The notes under the pieces were generated by a model, which made no database searches, had not been told where the DNA came from, and saw nothing but the letters and a program-made list of their open reading frames with translations. Shown here piece by piece: positions 13,512-25,092 of a stretch of DNA of 64,000 bases (position 1 is its first letter; every line of letters begins with the position of its first letter). Source of the DNA: Girardia tigrina (Eukaryota). The stretch covers positions 1-64,000 of the forward strand of contig MQRK01232615.1 of the NCBI GenBank assembly GCA_001938485.1. Reading direction: 5' to 3'. The translations under genes and the position numbers were made by a program.

Positions 13512-14452
13512 ATGGTTTACCAATTCGAAGATTACGAAACCTATTTTACAAAACAAATAGTTTACTTTCTCTATCTCTTTTGAACTTGTTCAATTTGGAA
13601 CACATCGATTATCGTATTCTCGAATCTCAAAAAGTGTTCAGCAAAATATTGATAGATAATACCTCAGTTTCTTTTGAAAACTTACATGAAGTTTTAAAAC
13701 CAGTCAAAACATCTTTGAAAGAATTTCGATACATTAATTATGTACAAGAAACTCTTAAAATTCCGACTTTATTCTTTAAACATTTTCAATTTGGAATTTT
13801 GGATTTACAGAACAATCTTTTCCTTAACTGGACGTTCCTTAACTGCGTAAAATCGAGGAAAGTCATCTTGAAGAACAGCCGAACCTCGAGCGATAAATTG
13901 GATTTGTCCCAATACACCTTCCTACACATATTTAGCGAGATGATAAATATCGAAAATCTGAACATTAAAGGTATATTCCCCGAATCAGAAACAAAACACT
14001 TTGAACATCTCAAAGATTTGTATCTAAGATCAAATTTTATTGAAAGTCTACATGATAACATTGATAGAATGTTTCCTTATTTAACTTTATTGGATATCAG
14101 TTTCAATAAAATCAAACGTTTGCAACCAGAACTAAACAATTTGTTCTTCAAGACGGAATTTTTCCGACTTGAAGGAAACCCTTTGCATTGCAATTGTCAA
14201 CTTCGTTGGTTATCAGCGAGATATAAATCCAAGATAATTGATTCCCCCAAATGCAATTTCGATTATCGAAACTCAAACAATTCTCAAAAAATACAAACAA
14301 TGGATAATATTTATTTTTCTCAGTTAGCCACAGACAGCCTCATTTGCCTTCCTCCGCGAACGCCAATTTTGTCTATCTCAAAAGGACAAAAACCGAATCA
14401 GTTATACGTTTCGGGTCAAAATGTTTCCGAAAATATGACTTTAATCCGAAAG
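13512..14452 (+). CDS. Internal exon of an LRR-Ig (LIG-type) cell-surface protein: LRRs + LRRCT cap
   Basis: Acceptor ttttcag|AT; open frame with LxxLxLxxNxI repeats (HLKDLYLRSNFI, YLTLLDISFNKI) and LRRCT GNPLHCNCQLRWL...C...C; donor AAG|gtattg in phase 0. Upstream exon(s) not identified. Confidence 0.85.
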
Positions 14453-14973
14453 GTATTGCTTACTTAATACACTGAGAAACTATATAAAACTAATTTAATT
14501 TGTTTTATTATCTAATTTGTTTTATTAAAAATACTACAAAAAATACTGAAAATAAATGAATAAATAAAATAAAAAAACAATTTTACAACTTTATGAAAAA
14601 TACCTGTTAGGAATTCAGAAATGTTATTAAATATTGGGGAAAGAATGTAAAATTAAATATATCAATTAAAATGAAGAAAATTTATTAAATGTATAATTAC
14701 TTTATGATTGTAATAGAAATTTTAAAATTAATAAAATTTAACGAAACTAATAAATAATTGTTAATGTTCGTGTAATTTAAAATTATTGAAAATTTGATGA
14801 AAGTTGTAAAACGAGTTAATAAACTTACATGATATGTTGGTTTATTAACTCGTTTGAACAAAAGATAAATAAATATATAAAATAAATTTTAATTAGGCAA
14901 AACTATATTAAAGAAATATAAAACTATCTGGAAAATCACAAACTTGTTCCGTCACAGTAAAACAGGAATAAAG

Positions 14974-15396
14974 TTAGATTGAATATAACTGATAATTTGT
15001 TGTGATTTTGTTTGTTGAATGGTAGATGACTTCCAATATTAGAATTATTAATCGAGTTCGAGAGAGATTCTTCGAGTAAGAAACGACATTTGTGTTTGTG
15101 GAATAATTGCTATTGCTATTGACGACTGCCGATGACGAAGAATGAGGATGGGAATTGATGAAGTGAAATTGAGACTGATAATTGAGATAGCGAATATTGT
15201 TGCGGAATTTTTTTTTAATTATTATTGTTGAATGTTTTTCTGTCGAATTTAATTGCAATTGAACTTTAATCTGTTCTTCGATACACGCGAATAATTTTTC
15301 GGTTTGTGGCAATAAATTTTTTTCGATACTAAGCGATAAATAAATCCAACTTGGATATTGTATCAAAATTGATGATTGAAAAGAAACAAATGTCAT
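14974..15396 (-). CDS. Intronic antisense ORF or gene fragment (140 aa, S/N-rich C-terminal half), unknown
   Basis: ATG-initiated ORF with coding-like composition between AT-rich flanks; no recognised domain. Confidence 0.3.
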   Translation of the reverse strand: MTFVSFQSSILIQYPSWIYLSLSIEKNLLPQTEKLFACIEEQIKVQLQLNSTEKHSTIIIKKKFRNNIRYLNYQSQFHFINSHPHSSSSAVVNSNSNYSTNTNVVSYSKNLSRTRLIILILEVIYHSTNKITTNYQLYSI

Positions 15397-17091
15397 TGAT
15401 TTTTTATTTTAAAAAAATCAATCATTTAATCTTATATAATTTATAAAATACAATTTATACATATAATTTATATAATAAATAAAAAAATAAGTAATAGGGC
15501 ACTATAAAAGATAATTATTAGAGAATGATAATATAAATTTTTCGATTAATAAAATTTCACGAAATGATTAAATATTTGTTTATGTTAGCGTAATTTAAAA
15601 TTGATATAATCTATTAAAGGCAAAATTTAAAAAATTAAAAAACAATCAATTACTAATATCATAAGTATTTTTATTTATACCGGTTTAAGATTTATAAAAC
15701 AAATTATTTCTCAAAAAATAGGTTTGTTTAAATATTTGTGTTAATCACGTTTTTTTGAAAACATTCTAAAATAATAATAACATTTGGATGTCGGTATCAA
15801 CTTATAATAATAATTCTGAGGATGTTCCAAGAACATCTAACAATACATATTTTTACATATGAAATGTTCATTAAGTATTATGTCTATCAGAAAGTTTTGA
15901 CTCATATAACAACAAGCAGAAAGTAAAAAAGATTTATCAAAATATTTATTTGCTTTGGATTGAAAAGTTTCGCATTATCCCAAATAAGCCATAATCTGGA
16001 TGTAGAGCATCTAAACTTAACGGCGAATGAGGAAGAATATTTATGGTGTCTATATTGTCTTACGAAAATGAAGCTTTACTACAATTAAACAATTTATCAA
16101 ATGTTCGGTCTAATGGCTGTCGTAAGAACAAGACATTGATTGCACAACTATTTTGCACTAGTTCCATATGAAATATTTATTGAAAATGTACAACAAAGTC
16201 ACTACAGTTTTACCTGATACCGATATTGATTTCGTTGACCATGGCACTTTTACTTTTATTTTACTTTTTTGGTTCTATTAGACAATCATTTAATGAATTA
16301 TTTATAACTAATAGTATATAATATTTTAAAGATTTTTAGATTCAAAAATGTACACAGTGAGTTTATTAAATACACGACTTCAAGAAAAGAGCAATTTCAA
16401 GAACACCTCATTTTTTAGCACAATAATGAGAACAGATATAGTTTTCATGTTTCTTCATAACTCCTGTTTTCTTCTCTTATTTATTCTAACAAACTCCCAA
16501 AACAGAAAACGTTCGTAATGGAAAGACCAAAAATATGGTTGGATGGTAATTTAGGCCAATGAAGGATGTAAGAATAAGTCGGTGAGGTAGGATATCACTC
16601 ATACAGTTGTGACTGGGATTTACCGTTGAAGAAAATATCTCTCCACAACATGACGGAGAAACTGAGTTTTGGAACTCTTGATATCGTTGTCATCACCCAT
16701 TTACATGGTTGAGAATCGCTAAGATGAACTCTCAAACGGAAGATAACGTATTTCCAGAAATAAGAGAACTTGTGTCGAAAGTTTGTTGCTCTGAAGAAAC
16801 TATTATTAATATTCTTTGGTATCAAAGAAGATTTTGTTGCTCAGCTCTCTCGTGTCACTCTCTTTTCTTTTCAAATACTGGCATGTGGTAGCCATAAACA
16901 AAAGAGCATCTATAATAATTTTTGAAGCTAAAGTATAATTAAAAGACTCAATGTTTCTTCAGGGTTCCAGTTTGAGAATTTACATGGAATTGGACTTCAT
17001 TTTAAAATTGGCTCAGGATATTGTTAACTTTTTGGACAGGATGCATTTATTAAGACACTTGCAATTAACCTACTTCACATTGACTTATAAT

Positions 17092-17428
17092 ATGGCAGAG
17101 GTGCCAGTCATCGGACCGAGTTGTGGCGGCCGACACCCCTTATTCGTGCGGAGGTTCACCGGCGGGAAANCAGCCGATCCCTTCACTGTCGCTTGTGATC
17201 CCCGCATGTTGAGTGCCCACCGCTCGACGGGTCGCTTTGGATCGGTCTTCCATTTTGAACCGCCGGACATGGCGCGTTTGTTTCACTTAGAACCGTGGGC
17301 GGTCTCCACGATCCGCTCTCGCTACACCGGGTGGTTTCATTGAAAGGGCAAAGCGTGTCGATAGGTTCCGACATCGTAGCCGGTCAGATCAGTTCCGCCA
17401 GTGACGCTGATTTCAGAGACAACGTATG
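17092..17428. other. GC-rich island of unknown origin
   Basis: About 60% GC by eye with sharp borders in AT-rich DNA; single N at 17170. Confidence 0.6.
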
Positions 17429-18044
17429 TCTAATTACTTGTCAAATTTCATGAAAAAAATACAATCACAATCAATAAAATTTATTTTGCATATTCAAATA
17501 TTTTACACCACTTTATTTTGTAATTAATTCACTCAAGCAAATATCAACTCCATCCATAAGTTTTTTCAATTTTTCGTGATTTTTTTAATCGACCGTTTTC
17601 TCGAGCACTACAATGACCTTGGAAACATTCTGACAGCTCTTAGGGCCTAAAGTGTGTGACATAGGGATCAGAACAATGAATATCAAAAGAAAATGAAATG
17701 ATTTCTATTTCCATTAGGAGACAGCTCGCTAATCATATTCTGCCTCCACATAACGTAGCATTTATTACTCATCAAAAAGTCACTACATAAAATAGAGAAG
17801 GGTCAACAGAATACATTCTTTTATTGTAGTACTTGCAACCTGAGCCTTTCGTCATGTTAACTATTTGTTTCATTTTCCGTGATTATCCATTTAAATATGC
17901 TAACGCACTGTACAACAATAATTTACATGTGTAATTATTGATATGAAAAACGAAAATTAGATACCTTTAACGATTTCTGTAAATTATTTAATTTTGTATA
18001 AAAGTCGTTTTAACTAGAATTTATATTTGATACAGAATGACCCT

Positions 18045-18438
18045 TGTTAGATGTTTTTGGAACATCTTCCACGCTATCAATATTAAAAGCTGACATCAGA
18101 CTTTCAAATTTTATTTATCTACAAAAAATGTCTAATGTATTTTATTTAAACAAATTTAATCGAAATTAAATTCGTTTATTTTTTTACTTTTGAGGAACTA
18201 TTTATTTCATAAATCTCAAACCGGTATAATAAAAATAAATATAGTATTAATAATCCATTTGACTTTTTATTTAATTTCTGACAATTAAATAATTTCATTT
18301 TTTATTTAAATTTACGAAATTTTATCATAGTTAACATAACTTTATTTAGTTCTTGATTTTTTTTAATTTTAAAATGATACTTTGAATTCAATTATAATTT
18401 CAAAAATTTAAAAAAAATTTCATAAAAAATTCTTAACA
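18045..18438 (-). repeat. 3' LTR of the Gypsy element
   Basis: Direct repeat of 23529-23922; on the minus strand it is preceded by the polypurine tract aagaaaatagggaa. Confidence 0.9.
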
Positions 18439-20055
18439 TTCCCTATTTTCTTTAAAATTTTTGAACTTTTCAACATTTGTGATTATTTTTTTTCTTGTAT
18501 ATATCTTCCCATTTATAACTTCTCTCATGTATTCGCTCTATAATGGTGTATGGTCCCTCATATCTGTTATCCCTTTTATGTCTCACTTCTTTTTTTTACC
18601 CACACCTGATTTCCCACCTTGAACTTGCGTCTTGTTTGTTCCTCTGGGTCTTTAATGTTATCGTCTGAAGCCTGCCTACCATTACTATACCATTTCTGTC
18701 TATCCATTTTCCTATCGAATATCATTTCAGCTAGGCTCCTTCCAATCGTTTTTTGACGTGTCGCATTCAACGTGAATTCCACCTCTGGGAGCATATATGC
18801 CCAACTGGTCTCCTTCCTTTCTTTTAAACGTGCCTGTATACATTCACATATATTACGAAATTGTCGTTCCACCATGCCGTTCGTATTATGGTGGTTCGAA
18901 CTCGAGAACACTAATTGTGTACATTCTTTAATTAATAATTCTTTTATCGCCTGCGATTCGAAAATTTTCCAGCATTTCACATGTATTTCTTTAGGAGTGC
19001 CAAATTTCAATATCCATTTTGTCAATATTGTGTGCATAATCGGATGCTCATCTTGTCGTTTGATTGTTGTCAAAACTATATATTTCTGTAAAAAATATAT
19101 TTACTGAAATGATCAATCATGATCATTATATACCTTTCATTTTTTATTGTCTCCCTCCATGGGCCGCAGATATCAATATATACCTTCTCAAACGCTACCG
19201 ATGAAGTTATTTTGATTGTCACCTCTTTCGTTTTCGAAGTATCTGTTTTGGTTTGTTGACATTTTTTACACACCCAACTACTTCTTCTACCGTTTTGCGT
19301 TCCTCTTCCATCTCGAATTTATCCTTCAAATAATGATAAACTTTTTCTGCTCCTGTGTGACATAGAAGTCTGTGAGTCTGTATGATTAATTCACTTCTTT
19401 TTTCTTTTCGTATCCACTGACGTTGTGCTTCTTTGCATTTGGCTTCTTGTCGTAACCGCTAATAACCACATTTTTAGTCTGTCTGACTTTGCATCTTTAT
19501 GTTGCATTTGACATTAAGTACATGTCTTGCATGTGCTACAAAATAACATGTCTGCATTCCAATGTAATTATCCTTTTCTGTATATAATCTTTATATCTAA
19601 ACTACTAAGGTAATTTATCCATGTTTGGAACTGAGCGGTTATCGGTTTCTTTGTATGAAACATAAAGGTGATGGCTTTATGTTTAAATTTTTTTCAGTTT
19701 AAATCTCTTGCCATACAAATAATGATTAAAATGTTGACAGAAATACTAAATGGCTAAAAATTCCTTCCTCGTTATACAATACCCTTTCTAATGTACCCCC
19801 ATTGAATGCGACCCGTACACGATTACTTGTTCTCGTCCCGTTTCGCCCACCTGTGAAATTACTGCTCCAATATTATCAAAGCTGGCATCTGTTTCCAAAA
19901 TAAACTCTTTATTTAAATCCGGGAATGTCAAAATTGGTGCTGTCACGAGTGCTTTTTTAATTTCTTGAAAAGCTTGCTCACATGAGTCCGTCCTTGTTAA
20001 TTTATTCTTATTTACTCCACATAGTCCTTCTAGTGCCTTTGCTTTTTCTGAGTAG

Positions 20056-21105
20056 CTGGAGCGGAAATTGATTCTATTGGCCGAACATTTTGCCAATTTT
20101 TAAATTAAAAAAAAATAAATTAAAAAAATAAATATTTGCGATTTTAAATAAATTAAGTAAATAAATAAAATCATAAAGTAAAATTTAAATAATAAAATAA
20201 AGTTAAGTTAAATCAGTAAGTTAATTAAAATAAATAATTAAATAAATTAAATTAAACAAAATTAATAATCTTTAAAATTAAATAATTTAAAAACCATTAC
20301 TTAAATATGGTTTCGTGATGGTGTATAGGTATTTGATGCATGGATTTCAGCAGTGGTTAATGTATTCGGTTCGTTCTAATTTGAGTGGTGGTTAAATAAA
20401 GTTTTCAAAATCAAAAAAATGTATTATATCATTTTCTTTGTCCTTTTAAATGGATCAATCAATTGCATGTTTGAAATGTAAGTATGTGTGTATGAGTGTT
20501 GATCGAATGTGTGTGTGTCCAATAAAATTGAAAAATGGAGAAGGATGAATTGTGCTGGAATTTGCCTGTGTGTTTCCAAAATAAAAAATGTATTTTTGAA
20601 AAAATTTATAATTTCAAAAAATAAAGTTTGTTAAAATGCGTTAAAAAATCAATCGAGTTTTTCAATTTCAAAAAATAGATAAATTTGTCTAAAATGAGTG
20701 ATATTTGAATTGGGATTATATCAAATTAGTTCTTTCTTTCAATTAATTAATTTTAAAGACCAAAAGGCAATCAAACGAACGAAGAAAAAAACAATGTTAC
20801 TTTCATTTTGCCAATAAATTTCACAATTTGAAAGCTAATGTCATAAATGAAGCGGTCGATAATTTCGAATGTTCATACAATAAAATCGAGGAAACCTTCA
20901 AATGTGTTCACAAACTTCATCATCTGCTAGGAAAAATTCTTGTGATAGTACATCTTTGGGTAAACTATATTCTTTTGGCTCGTTGAACAGCGATTCTCAC
21001 GAGTCCAATTCTAACAGTCCTTCTTTACTTAAAGCTCCATACAGAAATTCGAATGAAGATCTTTCTGGTTCTCAGTTTAAAGTGTAGGCACGGTTTCCGT
21101 TCCAC
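20056..21105. mobile_element. Non-autonomous TIR DNA transposon inserted in the Gypsy pol
   Basis: TIRs CTGGAGCGGAAA / TTTCCGTTCCAC; TAG(C) duplicated at both flanks; removal restores pol RRFIKG-YSEKAKAL. Confidence 0.8.
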
Positions 21106-23521
21106 TAGCCCTTTATGAATCGTCGATAATAATTGCAGATTTCGAGAAAACTCCTTAATTTTTTCATACAGTTTGGTCTCTGAAATTCGTCAATTGCTTT
21201 GATTTTATCAGGTCTGTGTGGATACCTTCACTTTTCACTACGTTTCCAAAGAATTTTACCTCTCTTCTCAAAAATTTGCACTTGGCTGGTTTTACACGTA
21301 AACCCGCTTCCTCAATTTGCTTGAAAACTTCGTCCAGTACTCTATAGTGTTCTTCTATGGTCCGAGTTGCTATCAGTATGTCATCCAAATATACCGATGT
21401 CCCCTTCTTAACTGGCTGTAAGACTCTCGTCATTAATTCTTGGAATGTACCTGGGGCTGCTGCTATGCCGAATGACATTCTACAGAAACAAAACTGACCA
21501 CTTTTTGTAGAGAATGCAGTTTTCTCTTGTGACTCCTTTTCCAATTCTACCTGGTAATATGCATTACCCAAGTCAATTGTACTGAAGTACCTTGTGTTGT
21601 GTAATTTATTCATTAATTCTTCCATATTTAGCAATAGAAATGCTTGTCTTTTTGAGATCTGATTCAGTTGTCTGAAATCCATGCATAATCTTATCGAATC
21701 TGTATCCTTTTTCCAAACGCATACTAGTGGTGTGTTCCAATGTAAATTGCAGCGTCGGATTATTCCATTTTCTTCCAAGTTTTTGATGGCTTAATAAAAT
21801 TTAGATTGTAAATGATCCGGTTGTACCCTTGGCTTGATATTTATCGGCTTACCTTTCGTTTTTATTTCGTGTTTGATAATGTCTGTTCTTCCGATATCCC
21901 ATTCATTTGCCATGAATATCTTCCTTTGTCGTGTGACTAAATCTTGTAACTCCTTTCTTCCACCCATTTTTATCTGTTCCTTTGCCACTCTTAATCTTTG
22001 ATCATCTGTTATTATTTCCCCAAATTTTGCTTCTAACTCGTACATCATGTGTATTCTCTGAAACTCTTCTTTTCCTTCTTTTCCTTCTTTTCCTTCCGGT
22101 ACGCCTCCTATCATCTGCGGTGTTAATTGTTCTACCACTACAAACCTTATCTTCCAATCAGTCTGACCTACCCTACAAATTGCGTCAACTTCTCCCACAA
22201 CATTCATCTGTGCACCATTAGCTGCTGTAAATCTCTGATTTGTACTATATATCGTAGACTTCTTAAATTTCTTGCCAGTTCCCCAGTTATCACGTTCATA
22301 GCCGCTCCGGTGTCTAGTAAACATTCGATTTATTTTCCTTCTATTATTACTGTTATACTCAGTCGTCCGTGGAGTCTATCATATTTGACTCACTTTTATC
22401 TGTTTTCTATGGCCATAATCCTATTTGTATCTTGTACTTGATTCTCTGTCCATGTGCCCATACTCTTCATCCAACGTATTATTTTCTCCTCCAACTCTCG
22501 GTGGTCGTAAATATTATTCTCTGTCTTCATCTTTTCATCGATTTCTACATTTTTTATTTATTTTAAACTGTCACATTTCTTCCATAATGTTATTATTTAC
22601 AAATGGATTATTTATATTCATATTTTTATCATCTATTATATAGTTAATATTTTTATCAATACTTTTACTATAATAATCATATCTACTACTTTTACAATCC
22701 GGTTTAAGATTTACAAAACTTACTCCATCGCCAAAATCGGTTCCTCGTCGACTTGGCTCTCTTCGTTTTTTCTCTGATGTTCTGTATTCTGCCTTTCTAG
22801 CGCAGCCAGCTGGTGTCCTCTCTCTATGCCTCGTCTGTAGTCATCTGAAAATTGATTTGCTCTTCCGTCTGCTTTCGGTCCACTCATCATTCTGTCGTTC
22901 CGTTTAAATTGCTTTTGTTCATACGTTTTTTCATACCATTGTCTTCCATGATTATTATACTTTAAGGAATTCCCTATCAACTTCGTATAGCATTTCTCTG
23001 CTCTGTGACCCGGTCCTTGACATCTTTGACATTTTACTAGATATTCTTGTCTGATGTGACCCTTTTGACCACATCCGAAACATGTTACTTCCAGTTTCTT
23101 CTGACATTGGGATCTCTCATAACCCAATTCGTTACAATTCCAACAGGTTCTCTGTTCTCTTTTCGGTCCCTTTCCCGACGGAATTCGATTTTTAAACTGA
23201 TTGTTCTCCCTTTTCAGCTGTTGTCTCTGCAGCTCTACGAAATTCTGCTGCTTCTCTTAGGACTTCCATCTGAGATCGTTTCTTTTGAAATGCTTCCCGC
23301 AATCTGTTCTCGAACCCTTTCTCTGATGGTTTCGTGAATTCATATGCTGGAATTAATTCCAGCAAAAGCAGGGTCACTACCAGTGTCTCTTTAAGGCCTT
23401 CGGGAACGCCCGCTGCTTTAAAATATCTATTGCAACTTGCAATAAATATTTCCACATCATCTTCCGTTTGAAATGATCCAGAATTAATCTAGAGATCAAC
23501 TGGTCCGAGCTCGAGGCCAAG

Positions 23522-23528
23522 GCCCCCA
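23522..23528 (-). promoter_or_regulatory. Primer-binding site, tRNA-Pro type (TGGGGGC)
   Basis: Directly follows the terminal CA of the 5' LTR. Confidence 0.65.
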
Positions 23529-23922
23529 TGTTAGATGTTTTTGGAACATCTTCCATGCTATCAATATTAAAAGCTGACATCAGATTTTCAAATTTTATTT
23601 ATATACAAAAAAATGTCTAATACATTTTGTTTAAACAAATTTAATTGAAATTAAATTCGTTTATTTTTTTACTTTTGAGGAAATATTTATTTCATAAATC
23701 TCAAACCGGTATACTAAAAATAAATATAGCATTAATAATCCATTTGACTTTTTTTAATTTCTGACAATTAAATAATTTCATGTTTTTTATATAAATTTAC
23801 GAAATTTTATCATAGTTAACATAACTTTATTTAATTCTTGATTTTTTTTAATTTTAAAATGATACTTTGAATTCAATTATAATTTCAAAAACTTTAAAAC
23901 AATTTCATAAAAAATCCTAACA
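23529..23922 (-). repeat. 5' LTR of the Gypsy element
   Basis: Direct repeat of 18045-18438, followed by PBS and gag. Confidence 0.9.
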
Positions 23923-23942
23923 ATCATAATTACTCATTTTAG

Positions 23943-24374
23943 GAATATACTCTTGTAATGGAATCGAATCAACTTGTTGAACTCATGTGTGAAACCGAAG
24001 GAGATCCCACACCTACTTTGATATGGTCCAATCAAATAGGTACGCTGACCAGTGCACCTCCAAGCCATGTAAGCCATTCTATTTCAAACAGATTAACAGT
24101 TGGACTTGAAAGTTCAAATGTCTCTTCCTTTTATATGTGTACAGCGAAAAACATTGAAGGAGTTTCATTTGCACTTTTGAATTTGGTGTCAAAAAATAAG
24201 GAAGACAAAAATACCTCAAATGTTATGTATGAAAGAGTAATATCTCATCAGAACTATAATAACTGTGCTTCAAAATACTTTGCTCAATATTTCGAGTATC
24301 AAACAGTCAAATATTTGATGTTGGAGATTTCCTATTTTCTTTATTGTATCATAACAAATAAATCTTTTTTTTAA
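23943..24374 (+). CDS. Exon of the LRR-Ig protein: I-set immunoglobulin domain
   Basis: Acceptor cattttag|GAA is in phase 0, matching the donor at 14452; VELMCETEGDPTPTLIW...YMCTAKNIEG is an I-set Ig signature. Confidence 0.85.
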   Translation, partial: EYTLVMESNQLVELMCETEGDPTPTLIWSNQIGTLTSAPPSHVSHSISNRLTVGLESSNVSSFYMCTAKNIEGVSFALLNLVSKNKEDKNTSNVMYERVISHQNYNNCASKYFAQYFEYQTVKYLMLEISYFLYCIITNKSFF

Positions 24375-24556
24375 TGATCAATTATGAATTACATGTAATT
24401 TTTATATTTATATTTTGTGTAATTGTCGTACTTTTCTGTTTTGGATGGAAAGATATTTATTCTTTTTCTATCTCTTCAGGTAACAAGTATAAATGTCCCA
24501 AACTTACTATATTGCTAAACAAATGTTTTCAAGTAAAGAAATATCAAAACCCATAG
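24374..24556 (+). CDS. Probable transmembrane and short cytoplasmic segment of the LRR-Ig protein (out of frame by 1 nt)
   Basis: Hydrophobic LHVIFIFIFCVIVVLFCFGW; one extra T in the T8 run at 24365-24372 would fuse it to the Ig exon; possible donor CAG|gtaac at 24479. Confidence 0.55.
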   Translation: MINYELHVIFIFIFCVIVVLFCFGWKDIYSFSISSGNKYKCPKLTILLNKCFQVKKYQNP

Positions 24557-25092
24557 ATTCATACAAGGGACGAGCTCATGCAATGGTCATTTTTGAGTTA
24601 CTACAATAATATATATTTTAAATTAAAACGTAACACACAACATGCATATATCATCAGACATATTTGACGAACCAATATTGGAATTGAACTCAAGATGGAG
24701 ATTAGACATAATTTCCAATTTTTTTTCAATACAAATATCTGTTTTTAAACAAATTTCTGAGGAACATTAATTTCTATTGGCAAATCTTTATAAATAAATT
24801 TAGCATTTATAAATATGAACACGTTAAAATTTTAATTTTAATTTTACAATCTCACAATTTTCAAATTCACAATTTAGTTCCATAGTTTAAAGGATTTTTA
24901 GCTAGGCCTTCAAGTAACGGATGACCAACCACGTTACGATACAATCTCTGGTGACCTTTGCAAACAGTGAACGGCACAGCTTCGGAAATTTTTACCTCGA
25001 GACGAACTCTAGTTTCCCAAGTACACCACTTGGAGTTATGTCCGACTGGCTATTGCACAAGTTATCGAAACAACTGATCCCTGCTTTTCAAT

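Larger units (their letters stand above)
18045..23922 (-). mobile_element. Ty3/Gypsy LTR retrotransposon, both LTRs present, decayed, antisense within the LRR-Ig intron
   Basis: LTRs 18045-18438 and 23529-23922 (TG...CA, ~95% identical by eye); PBS TGGGGGC; purine tract next to the 3' LTR; gag with 3 CCHC-like knuckles, PR (LLDTGA), RT (YLDD), RNase H (ETDAS), IN (YIDICGP, NGMVER, GPY). Confidence 0.95.

Noticed and set aside
16440-17080. Possible Merlin/IS1016-like transposase N-terminus
   Set aside because: Only vague similarity; no catalytic motif or ends seen
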